A DNA stretch of 63,604 nt, the filler included, from Octopus bimaculoides (Eukaryota), in NCBI RefSeq assembly GCF_001194135.2. It is 6 parts of 5 records of this genome, joined end to end, with 100 filler letters (N's around TTAATTAATTAA, not from the genome) between each part and the next. Parts side by side here need not be neighbours in the genome. Positions count along the whole stretch, not along the records: positions 33,674 to 41,617 come from NC_068984.1; positions 41,718 to 55,364 come from NC_068986.1; 4 more parts are not named here. The stretch is one strand, 5' to 3'. Below are positions 38,857 to 51,697 of this stretch, in pieces. A program made the translations under genes and the position numbers. Below the pieces are notes generated by a model. The model worked only from the letters and a program-made list of their open reading frames with translations. It searched no databases and was not told the DNA's origin. Position 1 is the stretch's first letter. The number at the start of each line of letters is the position of its first letter.

Positions 38857-40866
38857 AGATGTATGCAGAGAACAGAAAATATATCTAAAATGACCGTAAT
38901 TTAGTTTTTTGAAATATATAAATTTGTAAATTTGTATTATTTTTCCCTCTTTTTTTACGATGCGTTCATTAAAACATGATGGTTTATTTCAGAAAGACTG
39001 TTGAATAGTAAGCATATTTTCACTATCGTTTATTATTATATTATTATTGCTGCACGCTTAACAAATTCTCTTCGTAAGTATATGCTTTTGAGTTCGTTCA
39101 CACAGGACACCATAAGCAAACGTCTCCTACCATAGCCTCGAGGTCAACTAAAGCATTTTGTATCTAATTAAGAAAACAAAAGCTATGTGGAATCCTCCTG
39201 AATAGACATCTCTGTTGTTGGATAGTATACTTAACTTGTCATGTTACCACTACTTTAAATGTGCCCACTGGTAGTCAATACAAATGACGTGATTAGTTTA
39301 ATTGTATTTCGTTCGTCAGGAAATATATGTGTATATGATTGTATACTTGTGTGTGCGTGTAATTGTGTGTGTATGAGAGTGTATGTGGAAATGTATATGC
39401 CCATGGAGATATGCTTGCCTCTGTGTGTGTTTCTGTACGTTTGCATCTGTATGTGTGTTTATGCCTGGGCGTGTGTCATCTTGTGTGCGTGCATCTTGAG
39501 AGACAACGTGCAAGCGTGTTTGTATTGCGTACCTGTGTGTCTGTGTTTGAATGTGTGTGCATATGCATCTGTATATGTGGAAGTGTGTGCCAATGCATGT
39601 TGGTGTGTGCTTGTATATACACATGTGTTTGTGTGTGCATGTGAGTAAATGTGGATAAGTGCATATGATACAAGAATATTTCTGTTACATACAGATTTTG
39701 CGTTCTTATTCCAGTTAAGTCAGTTGAAACAATTTCCTCCTCTCACTTGCAATATTTTCTTCGTATTTCTGTAATAAAGAACGAATCATATTCTATGTGC
39801 CACTTCCTAAAAATAGTGGCCGGAGACTGTTAGTTCTCCTCACTTGCAATGGTTTGTTCATATTCTTCAATTAAAGAAAAACTCTCTTTACCGTCATTGG
39901 AGCTTTCTAAAGAGAAATTAACACATTTCCTTGCCAGGAATATACGACACACTTATCGTTAACGTCAAGTCTCCTGTGATGTGACACAATTAATAATAAC
40001 ATATAATATTTAATGTTAACATATAATATTTCTATTTATAATAATGTAATAATGCTGGGTGGCGGGGTTGCGCAATATTCGAAGGTGACAAACACCAATA
40101 TATATTTATTTATCTTTAATTTTATATCGCAAATGGTAATCAATAGCGCCATTGGTTTCTGTATGCAAAAAACTGGAAAGATTTTTGGCCACCATTGTCA
40201 ACAACTAAAACTTATATGCTTAGGGAAATAAGATAAGTGGGTCAAACACACATACTTACATAAAGAAGGACATTTTAGTTGAGAATTATGTTACCATTCC
40301 CATACTCCATCCTTCCTTTATTTATCCTATTTGAGTTATTTCTCTTAACTCATTATGTATTTTTTACTTATACAAGTCAAAATCTTCAGAATTATTTTTC
40401 TATATGTAAACATTATTGTTAACAGGTCAAAGCAGGTTTCTATAAATTTTACTACGACGATGATATTTAATAAGGCTCAAAAGTGTCCATAGTTGTTCTT
40501 AAGCATATACATTTGGTAAAATTGATTTTGTGTTTTGTGTGTGTGTGAAATGAAAATGTTATGTAACTGCTTAATGAATCACCGTTGTATTGCCAGTGAT
40601 GGCCGAGAGAACAGTATATATATATTTGAATTGTTTTGTTTTGACCTTACACTCTTGTCACATTGTCACACGATTTCCTTTCCGTATCCCATTTTCATGA
40701 ACTGTAGGTGATGACATGAATACTCACCGAAACATCTATACGTCCCGATAGTTTTAGATTTTTGTATATTGAGGGTGGTGGTGGTGTAGGATGAATAGAA
40801 TATTTATTGTTAACAATAACTATTTACGTCGAAGTTTCTCCGATATAAGCTTCTCAAAACTGTTAT

Positions 40867-40923
<57 letters not shown>

Positions 40924-41717
40924 GTTAAAAAAGTAAATAAAGTTGAAAAAGGCACAATGTTTAATATTTTTGTTACAGTGAGTGATCTAAAATATAACCG
41001 GTTTCGATGTATCCATCTTATTGAATACTAAAAAGAATTTGGGGTGGGAGTAGTCAAACACAAAAAAATCAGGGGTAAACAGTTTGTACCCATGTTTTAG
41101 TTCTTGGTGAAATTTTACTTTTGAGTTGTTCACTTATACATGTTTTGTCTATGTAGGTTTGGGTGGAGTTCAAGAGTTCAAGTTACATGAATTCTATTGA
41201 AAAAGAAGTCTTTCGAATTGAATAGGAACGTTCTTATTGAAGGTAGTGGCCAGTTGTGTGTGTGTGTGTATGTGTGTGTTTAGAATATATTGTCAAAACA
41301 TTTTTCTTCTTTCTTCTATTGAGAGAATATGGTTTAGTTGTCACACAAACAAAATAGCACACACACATACACACATACACACACACACACAGCTGACCAT
41401 ATCCTCTCAATAGAAAAAAAGGAGAAATATGTTTTGACAATATATCCCAAACACACACACACACACAGCTGACCATACCCTACAACACATACACACCCAC
41501 ACACACACACGCACATAACAAAGCAAATGGAAAATAATTCCTCCTAAATTCTTTGAATGACCATAACCACTAAATCATATTCTCTCAATAGAAGAAAAAT
41601 GTTTCGACAATATATTTNNNNNNNNNNNNNNNNNNNNNNNNNNNNNNNNNNNNNNNNNNNNTTAATTAATTAANNNNNNNNNNNNNNNNNNNNNNNNNNN
41701 NNNNNNNNNNNNNNNNN

Positions 41718-41781
41718 AAGGCACACAGAGCTGCGCTCGGTAGTGAAGTGAAAGCACGGTATAAAAATAAAACTACTGAAC

Positions 41782-41835
<54 letters not shown>

Positions 41836-42410
41836 CACCAGGACTTACAAATATATATAACATACAGAAAATTGCACTACTGGGTACTGCACACATTCTA
41901 TGCAAAACATTTTCAATACAGTAACCATAAGAGCATCACCGCAAACCACAGCACGTACCCTAGGCACACAGAGCTGCGCTCGGTAGTGAAGTGAAAGCAC
42001 GTTATAAAAATAAAACTACTGAAGAAGAAGAAGAAGAAGAAGAAGAAGAAGAAGAAGAAGAAGAAGAAGAAGAAGAAGAAGAAGAAGAAGAAGAAGAAGA
42101 AGAAGAAGAAGAAGAAGAAGAAGAAGAAGATTTAAAGTGGGCAATACGAAAGTTGTGGTCAATGAAGAGAGAAGACGTGATACCAAATAGTAATTGGTGC
42201 ACTTGGAAGTATCAGCAGTCAGCTACCAACATGGCTGAGAAAGATCGGTGCAAGTGTGAAGGTAGAACATTGCTAGGAACTGTAAGAATTCTTCGTAGAG
42301 TTCTTGAATCGTGACCAGTAAAACAAGTGTCGCCTTAGTCTGCTGGCTGAGGAGGGCTGACACTTTCCATCGTATCCAGCAAAATAAGCTGAGAGGTTTC
42401 ATCAAATAAT
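41718..42410 (+). mobile_element. Chain of three REL LINE 3' ends joined through (TAA)n and (GAA)36 tracts
   Basis: 41718-41780 and 41834-42023 match the 55466-55830 family. 42129-42410 is a related subfamily (DLKWAIRKLW...VIGALGSIS...LLGTVRILRRVLES*, with frameshifts). Confidence 0.85.
42021..42128 (+). repeat. (GAA)36 microsatellite
   Basis: Read directly. One of many tracts: (TATG)n about 18050-18165, (TATC)n about 60645-60810 and 7598-7650, (AAT)n about 15818-15900, (GTA)n about 38384-38446, plus many (CA)n, (TA)n and (GA)n tracts. Confidence 0.95.
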
Positions 42411-43814
42411 AACGATTTCAAATTTCGGCACAAAGCCAGCAAGTTTGAGGAAAGGGGGCAGGTCGATTACATCGACCCCAGTACGTAACTGGTACTTATT
42501 TTTGCGGACCCCCGAAAAGAATGAAAAGGCAAAAATCGACCTCGGTGGAATTTGAACTCAGAACGTAAAGACGGACGAAATGCCACTAAGCATTTTGTTT
42601 TTCGTGATATAATAATAATAATAATTATGAAGGGGGGAGGNNNNNNNNNNNNNNNNNNNNNNNNNNNNNNNNNNNNNNNNNNNNNNNNNNNNNNNNNNNN
42701 NNNNNNNNNNNNNNNNNNNNNNNNNNNNNNNNNNNNNNNNNNNNNNNNNNNNNNNNNNNNNNNNNNNNNNNNNNNNNNNNNNNNNNNNNNNNNNNNNNNN
42801 NNNNNNNNNNNNNNNNNNNNNNNNNNNNNNNNNNNNNNNNNNNNNNNNNNNNNNNNNNNNNNNNNNNNNNNNNNNNNNNNNNNNNNNNNNNNNNNNNNNN
42901 NNNNNNNNNNNNNNNNNNNNNNNNNNNNNNNNNNNNNNNNNNNNNNNNNNNNNNNNNNNNNNNNNNNNNNNNNNNNNNNNNNNNNNNNNNNNNNNNNNNN
43001 NNNNNNNNNNNNNNNNNNNNNNNNNNNNNNNNNNNNNNNNNNNNNNNNNNNNNNNNNNNNNNNNNNNNNNNNNNNNNNNNNNNNNNNNNNNNNNNNNNNN
43101 NNNNNNNNNNNNNNNNNNNNNNNNNNNNNNNNNNNNNNNNNNNNNNNNNNNNNNNNNNNNNNNNNNNNNNNNNNNNNNNNNNNNNNNNNNNNNNNNNNNN
43201 NNNNNNNNNNNNNNNNNNNNNNNNNNNNNNNNNNNNNNNNNNNNNNNNNNNNNNNNNNNNNNNNNNNNNNNNNNNNNNNNNNNNNNNNNNNNNNNNNNNN
43301 NNNNNNNNNNNNNNNNNNNNNNNNNNNNNNNNNNNNNNNNNNNNNNNNNNNNNNNNNNNNNNNNNNNNNNNNNNNNNNNNNNNNNNNNNNNNNNNNNNNN
43401 NNNNNNNNNNNNNNNNNNNNNNNNNNNNNNNNNNNNNNNNNNNNNNNNNNNNNNNNNNNNNNNNNNNNNNNNNNNNNNGAATGACAATGATGATGGTAGT
43501 GGTGGTGGTGGTGGTGGTGGTGACGTTAGTAACTTATCTCTGTTGTCTCTCTGTTGTCAAAAGACAGAAACCTTAAAACAAAAAGTAACAATAAATAAAC
43601 ATACAAATAAATAAATTTTGGATATAAAAACTAATAAAAAAAAGAACGTAAATGAAACAAACGTATCAAGTTGTTTCAGCAATTTGTTGTTTTGTTTAGA
43701 TCTTAGTCAGAGGAGAAGGAAAAGGAGGAGGAGGAGGGACAACTGCGTGAGTTCTCTAAGAGTGGTGGGTGAAGGGAAAAGAAATATCCGTTCAAGTGTC
43801 ATTGTTACTGCAAT

Positions 43815-44035
43815 TGTTATTTAACCCTTGGTCTAAGCTGATCTTGTAGGCCTGTCTTCAAAGGCGTTACCATCGTGATCAACCTGTCTTATTTTTTATC
43901 AGGCATTGCGAATCAAGGACTGTTGTAGCCCCCACCCCTGTGTATTTCTTATGTTACAGATTAAGGTAGGATCCTAGGGAAGGTTGACTGACTGCAGTTT
44001 CTAGCAGGTCGAGCCGAGCTATTGTATAGATGCTT
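43815..44035 (+). repeat. Dispersed repeat of about 200 bp (unclassified)
   Basis: Shares a GTGTGAT/CTT..GGG..ATTTGGCTGCTATTTCTAGCAGGTCGAG-like block with about 610-790(-), 4870-4925(+), 25880-25950(+), 32570-32760(-) and 49540-49640(+). Confidence 0.55.
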
Positions 44036-44039
44036 CTCC

Positions 44040-44600
44040 TCACAAAAGAATAATTATCAAAAATATATAAAATATAAAATGAATGAAAATATTTATTAAA
44101 AAGAAATGAAATAAAGTATATTTTAAAAATAGAAAATAAAAAATATTGAAAAGTTTGTTGAAAAATAAATTTTAAAAACTGAGCATAAAATATAAAAATG
44201 ATAAAATAATCATAAAAAAACAAAAAAAATCGACATGAAAAATTCAAATAATAATTTGAAAAGGAATTAAAAAGTAAATTGAAAATAAATATTTCAGAAA
44301 AATTTTTCAAGAAAATATTTAGAATAATCGTTAAAAATAGTAATTTAAAGCGAGAAAATTTTAATAATTATTAAAAACTATATTTATAAATATAAAAGAA
44401 ATATAAAATCAATATGAAATAAATATATAAATATATATAAATATAATATGCAATAAATATAAATACAATATAAAATAAATCAAATATGAATATAAAATGC
44501 TAAAAATATAAATATAAATTGAAATAATTTAGAAATTTAAATAATTATTTTGAATGAAACAATAGAGAACAAATAAAACAAATAAAGCAACTAAGACAAA
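44040..44600. repeat. Extremely AT-rich low-complexity tract
   Basis: Nearly all A/T with a strong A bias on the plus strand; no periodic unit is evident. Confidence 0.7.
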
Positions 44601-45130
44601 ATTGTTTTCTGTGGAGAAAAGACAACGAATTGGTGTCATGGTGTCATTTTTTAATAGAAACCGGAAGTCGCCCAAAATATGAAACGTTGTTCGTATTTGC
44701 TGCATAAATTAGTTGTTACCTGATACGGTTATCTTATCGTCTTCATTTCCCCCTTTTCTTTATAAAATCATGTGGAACAGAATGTTATGATAATTAGTTA
44801 ATACAAACATTAGATTAGAAGATAACTAAAAAAAAAGAAAAGCATATATATATATAATTTAAAGAAAAAATACAAGAAGTCAGTAGACATGTTGTTTTGT
44901 TTTGTTTTGTTGTTTATGCTGCTTTCGTTTGTTTTGTTTGAAAATATTCAATTTAAATGATTCTTAGTCACTATTATCGTGATCGGGTTAAACAATGTAT
45001 CATCTCTTTTGATGTACGTCCGTGTGCGTGTGTATGTGTGTGTGTGTAAGAATATCTTTCTCCCCAGCATCCAACCTCCATCCCTACACTTGCACCCACA
45101 ACAACACTCACCTCACATTACAATCCTCAC

Positions 45131-45171
<41 letters not shown>

Positions 45172-45944
45172 TCCTGCACCAATTACAATTCAGTCAAAAT
45201 AAAGGAAGACATTTTTCACGCGATACAAAAAGCAGCAGCGAGGTACACCTGAAGAGAGATGCATGAAAGGTACTACTCGCCAAGGCAGTGAGCTGGCAGA
45301 ATCGGTAGCGCGTCAGACAATAATGCTTAGCGGCATTTCTTCTGGCTCTTTACGTTTTGAGTTCAAATACTACCGAAGTTAACGTTATCTTTTTTTCTTT
45401 TCGAGATCGATAAAATATAGGACCATGGCCGCATGACGAAGAAGACTGCTTCATTATCATAATGGGGAAGGTCCTACCCCAGTGAGTGGCACTTTGATCA
45501 AGTTGCTTTTTATATTAGCCACGATTCTACTGGAGTACTGTGTTTGAAATTGGTTGGATAGAAACTGAATATCGTCCAGTCAGAGGGAACGAAGTTGAAT
45601 ATACCAAATCTCCGGCCATTTGTCGCACAGTACCTGTGGAACACCAAGCTATTTACAATGGAATTCAATGAGCAGGTGATCCTTTTGATCGAACAGTTGG
45701 AATATTCAGCTCCGAAACTGATGGAACACCCATTTACTAGTTACTAACAAATTATATTAATTCCACAAATATATTTTGTAAATCAGAGAAAAGAGGTTTC
45801 TTTTGATAGCAGCGATGTCATGAATCTTAAAAGAACAATCTCCAACAGATAACTGTTTCGTTTATAAACAAAATAATATTTCCATTCAATACGTAATGGT
45901 TAAAGACTCAGTTTCTTAACAGTATCATCAAACACTGAAGGCTA

Positions 45945-46012
45945 TCATTTATTTATGCACCTCTTAAAGCCTAGTCAAGCTCATGGGCCCGTTTTCCCGG
46001 TTTCTATGGCGA
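45945..46012 (-). mobile_element. 3' fragment of the alternative SINE tail module seen at 4006-4306
   Basis: The reverse complement reads GCCATAGAAACCGGGAAAACGGGCCCATGAGCTTGACTAGGCTTTAAG, matching 4250-4300. Confidence 0.65.
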
Positions 46013-47274
46013 CATTTTGCCAGAAGATTCATGTGTCAAACAAAGTGGAAAGGTTTTCTAATGCCAAAAGCAACAATATTGTATTCGCCAAATTTTTCGA
46101 GGGTAAGGGTTCGTCGGTGGTGACATATGAAAGTAGATATCCAGTAGTGTGAGGTCTGAAGGTCTGACCACTTGAGAAGGAAACTCTTTGAGACTGTTGA
46201 CCAACTGTAATTCGCATTCTTATTGAACTTAAAACTCTTTGTTAACTAATATTATAATAAACATATATATATATATATATATAAATGGATTAGGCCTTAT
46301 ATATAAGGGGCTACTTATATATAAGGCCTAAGCTTTATATATAAGGTAAGCCAAATGTCACGAAGGTGTTTCAATATTTTAGAAAATAAGTTTAAGGCGG
46401 TGAGCTGGCAGAATCGTTAGCATACCGAACAACTTGCTTATCGACGTTTTCATCCGTCTTCACGGTCTGAGTTCAAATTCTGCCAAAGTCGGCTTTACTT
46501 TTCATCCTTTGGAGGTCAATAAAATAAGTACCATTTGAACACTGGGTTCGATGTAACCGACGTACCCACATCCCCACCAAAATTGTTGTCCTGGTGCCAC
46601 AATTTAAAAACGATATTTAACAGGTTCTTCGTTTTTCGTTATAAACTTCCATTACTCCAGCATCACAAGCAATATGTCTAGATATTAAAAAAAAAACAGT
46701 TGTAAGCTAAACTAGGTGTGAAAAGTCACATCTAAATTATAAAAGAGTAATTTAAAGAATTTAATAAAATTTCAACCTTTTCGTGACTTCTGGCTCACTC
46801 TGTATGCATACGTGTATGTGTATGTATCTGTGTGCACGNNNNNNNNNNNNNNNNNNNNNNNNNNNNNNNNNNNNNNNNNNNNNNNNNNNNNNNNNNNNNN
46901 NNNNNNNNNNNNNNNNNNNNNNNNNNNNNNNNNNNNNNNNNNNNNNNNNNNNNNNNNNNNNNNNNNNNNNNNNNNNNNNAATATATTATTTTATTTAAAA
47001 GAGTTCCAGCTCTGTCTGTTTTTTATGTTTTATTTATATTCTTGTAAAATTAATGTGGGATGTAGAATATGGAATATATAATATATAATATAAAAATGGA
47101 TGGTACAATGAAATGAAGTAATGATTGTCTTATTGAATATATGGAATATGTCTTATTGAATATATGAAATATTGAGTGTTCAATATAAAGAATTAAATAT
47201 ATAAAGGCGAATACATATTTTCAATACCTTGTGGTATTCATCATGGCCTATATCTGACAGACTGTAACAGGCTG

Positions 47275-47319
<45 letters not shown>

Positions 47320-48479
47320 TCACGCTCGTGCACACACATATACATACATGGTATATACACACAGTTTCTACCTACGAAATTCACTCGTTGCAGGACATTT
47401 GCCGAGATGCCGTGTTGTGGGACTGAACCCTAAACGACGTGGTTTGTAAGCCAGCTTCTTATTCACATGTCCGTGTCTAAGTCACATATTCCAAATGTTT
47501 TTATCGTTGAAATGGATTCCAGTGATTAAAAGCCGGATGTGTGGAAGGCTTCCAGTTTATTTCACTCTTCATGCAACATGCACTTGACAGTCAATGAAAT
47601 GCATCGAACACTTTATTTGTTCGTTTTCAAGTGACGTGTTAATGACATCGCAGCCATCATAACTCACGTGACTCTTCAGCCATTGACTCATTGGTTGTCT
47701 CACGGGAAACTTAAGTAATTATAGCAATTTTCTGTCTTCGACTGGAGAGGCATTCTTGCAATGTTATTTGTTGCCATATTTTCAGTAATATTAATTCAAT
47801 ATTCGTGTTTTGTCACCAAACCATTCTTGAAGTAGAAGAAAAGTGTGGGGGGAGACAAGGCGTGAAAGAGTGGGATAATGCGGAAGTTATATTCCTCAAA
47901 AAACGCTGCTGTTGCTAAAGTTTGAACTCCGGAGAATAGAAAGATATAATCCACGCTGGAAGGATTCGAAATACGACACCTAGCGAATCGAAACTGAATG
48001 TTAACTCTTTATTCGTTCCGTCTGTTTTGAAATTCGTGTCTTGTATACTTACAACAAGGTTGGATCCCTTTTCAAATAAACAGAACGATGAAGCAATATG
48101 TCTGGAGAAGGAAAATGAGAAACAATGACATTTATATTCGTGCTGGTATCGTTTGTGACTGGAGTGATGTGGAATGGTCGCCGCCGGTTATTAAAACCGT
48201 GACACAATCTCGGTGTGTAAGCTCGTTTTTGTACAACATTGGTCGCCATAACAATAGCGGTCTCCCGATGCAATGAACGGGTGTCTAAATTGTCACTCGA
48301 TCTGCTACTAATAAGAGTCAAAGTATCCTCTAATAACAAAAGAAAAGTGTAATAAGGAGTCCGATGTACACAATAGCTGGAAAAATACTGGGTGGTCAAG
48401 GATGGATTTGATCTTAGGTCTACTTGATCCGAGATAACCTTGGCTTAATTAACAACATAATACTTATTTCTAACCTAAG

Positions 48480-49060
48480 TCAGCGAGCTGGCAGAATCGT
48501 TAGCACGCCGGGTGAAATGCATAGCGGCATTTTGTCTGTCCTTAGGTTCTGAGTTCAAATTCCGCCGAAGTCGACTTAGCCGTTTATCCTTTCGGGGTCA
48601 ATAAATTGAAAACCAGTTGCGTACTGGAGTCGATCTAATCGACTGGCTCCCCCCACAAAAAAAAATTTCGGACTTTGTGTCTAGAGTAGAAAAGATACGT
48701 TAGCACGCCGGGCGAAATGCTTAGCGGTATTCTGTCTGTCTTTACGTTCTGAGTTCAAATTCTGCCGAAGTCGACTTTGCCGTTTATCCATTCGGGGTCA
48801 ATAAATTAAGTACCAGTTCCGTACTGGGATCGATCTAATCGACTGGCTCAAATCCCCAAAAGTTTTGGGCCTTGTGCCTAGAGTAAAAAAGAATCGTTAG
48901 CACACCGGGCAAAATGAGTTCAAATTCCATCGAGGTCGACTTTGCCTTTCGGGGGTCGAAAAAATATGTGGCAGTTGAGCCCTGGAGTTGGTGTAATCCA
49001 CTTACTCCCTCCTCTTAAAATTGCTGGCCTTGTGCGAAAATTTGAAGCAATATTTATTTC
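48480..49060 (+). mobile_element. Head-to-tail trimer of SINE family C
   Basis: Three consecutive units, about 48480-48695, 48696-48893 and 48894-49060. Units 2 and 3 start at CGTTAGCAC directly after the AAAAGA(A) end of the previous unit. Confidence 0.85.
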
Positions 49061-50155
49061 TACCTTTATTACAAGAGCAACCAATTCATAAGAGGAGAAA
49101 AATCGAATTTTTTCCGACCTCCATGTTGGATTCATAATTCATCGTCCACTGCAGAATAAGAAAAAGTGCTTAACCACACCAAAATTTGAACTCAGTTCAT
49201 AAAGGAGTCTAAGAAAATGGTTTTCTGGCATTCTACTGCTACTACAGTGACTTCATAGATCTACGATACACAAACAAACTCTGAGGTATAAAATCCTTCA
49301 TACTTATTCAATCTACGAAATGATAAAGATATTGGTGTCTGACCGATAACCATAAAAATCTATGGAGCGTAGCACTTAACACGTTCGGTTGCATAAAGCG
49401 AACACATTACTCTGGGAAACCATTCTTGTTGTGGAGGCAATCGAATGAGTAATATATTTCCATTGAAGAATTATTGTCAATCGATCTTGAAAAAAATATT
49501 GATTATTTTCTTTTACTTTTTTTTATTTGACTGAGGTGAACCATTCCATCTGTCTTAGAGGTTATCTAGGACTACATACTATACTGTGTCCGTTCCTTTG
49601 GCTGCTATTTCTTGCGGCGCCTGCGATCGTGTAAGTTAAATTGAATGTAGAATCTAAAGGGACCTAAAGAAATACCACAAGGCATTTGCTACGTCGTTCT
49701 GCCGATTTCTACCATTTATCACCATCGTTCATAATAAATGGTTTGTGATATAGAAAGAAATCGATGTGTTTTTAGGAGGAAGAGGAGGATACGGAGGAGA
49801 AGGATGAAGAAGGGGGAGGAAGAAGAGGTGAAGGGAAAAGAGGAGGATTAGAAGGAGGAAGATTAGAAGGAGGAGGAGGAGAAAGATAATAAAGAGGAGG
49901 AGAAAGAGGAGGGAAAGAGTAGTAGTAGTAGTAGTAGNNNNNNNNNNNNNNNNNNNNNNNNNNNNNNNNNNNNNNNNNNNNNNNNNNNNNNNNNNNNNNN
50001 NNNNNNNNNNNNNNNNNNNNNNNNNNNNNNNNNNNNNNNNNNNNNNNNNNNNNNNNNNNNNNNNNNNNNNNNNNNNNNNNNNNNNNNNNNNNNNNNNNNN
50101 NNNNNNNNNNNNNNNNNNNNNNNNNNNNNNNNNNNNNNNNNNNNNNNNNNNNNNN

Positions 50156-50201
<46 letters not shown>

Positions 50202-51056
50202 GGGAGGAGGAGGAGGAGGAGGAGGAGGAGGAGGTAGACGAGTTGGAAGAAGAAGAGGAGGAAGAAGAGGAGGAAGATGAAGAAGAGGAGGAAGAGGAAG
50301 GAGAGGAGGAAGATACCTTCAAAAATAATATAAATAGCGCCTGCATTTGTTGTTGTTGAACCCTAAGTAAGTGGAGCTCTATGATCAGAGGCATTCAAGA
50401 CACGACCATCGTCGCATTTTTAGAATATCAACAACTAAGAATTCTTTTTTGTTTTCATGATCTTTTAAAGAGTTGTGACAATTATTTCTAGCAAATCAAT
50501 CGACCACATAAAGAGAGCTTCTTCGATTTGCTCGCCAAGGATACGATTTGAATATTACTAAGTCTAGTTCTCGTATCGGGATTAATATAAAACCAGGCTT
50601 TGGTGACATCGGGCCATCTGTTGTGGATGTGATAATGCACATTATACATGAAATAATAGCAAAGGGGGGGAAAGCAGTCGATGCACCTGTGGGATTCTTT
50701 AAAGAAACAGCAAATATTGGCCGTGCCTCCTGGCATTCAACTATCAAAGTCTTCTTGGAACACAGGAATAGATAATCCAGCAAAATGGCGACAAGAGTTG
50801 AATCGTTGTTTGTTCTCAGTAATGTCAATGGCTTTTAAGTAGTCACGTGATGATCGTCTGAACAAGATGGAGGAGTTAAATTTACTCTGAAAAGGTTTTG
50901 TTCTTTGGTAAACAGTGGTGAGTGACGGCGGCTGTCCTGTTATCGAAAAGCATTCTGTTTGGTTTGATTAAAGGACGAGGGAGACAATCGTAAGAAGCGG
51001 AAATATAGATGACAGATGCTTCTGTTATTCCTTTTTGTCACCATGTGTGAGTGTGT

Positions 51057-51094
<38 letters not shown>

Positions 51095-51227
51095 ATGTTG
51101 ATAGGGAGATAGGTGGATAGATAGACAGATATTCACATATCAATAGTTACATATATATGTGTATAACCGTATATATATACACACACGTATGTATGTATAT
51201 ATATATATATATATATGTGCATATAAG

Positions 51228-51611
51228 TGGAGACGCAATGGCCCAGTGGTTAGGGCAGCGGACTCGCGGTCATAGGATCGCGGTTTCGATTCCCAGACCG
51301 GACGTTGTGAGTGTTTATCGAGCGAAAACACCTAAAGTTCCACGAGGCTCCGGCAGGGGATGGTGGCGAACCCTGCTGTACTCTTTCACCACAACTTTCT
51401 CTCACTCTTACTTCCTGTTTCTGTTGTGCCTGTAATTCAAAGGGTCAGCCTTGTCACACTGTGTCACGCTGAATATCTCCGAGAACTACGTTAAGGGTAC
51501 ACGTGTCTGTGGAGTGCTCAGCCACTTGCACGTTAATTTCATGAGCAGACTGTTCTGTTGATCGGATCAACTGGAACCTTCGACGTCGTAAGCGACGGAG
51601 TGCCAACATAA
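51228..51611 (+). mobile_element. SINE family A, full length
   Basis: tRNA-like head with A/B boxes; 9-bp TSD GCATATAAG at 51219-51227 and 51612-51620. Confidence 0.9.
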
Positions 51612-51665
51612 GCATATAAGCGTATACATACATACATACATTCATACATGCATATATATATACAT

Positions 51666-51697
<32 letters not shown>

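Noticed and set aside
41991-42314. Poly-Glu ORF (107 aa)
   Set aside because: A chance read-through of a LINE 3' UTR, the (GAA)36 tract and a frameshifted LINE relic.
44660-44668. ETS-type ACCGGAAGT motif next to the AT-rich tract as a promoter
   Set aside because: A single motif with no associated exon or other core elements.
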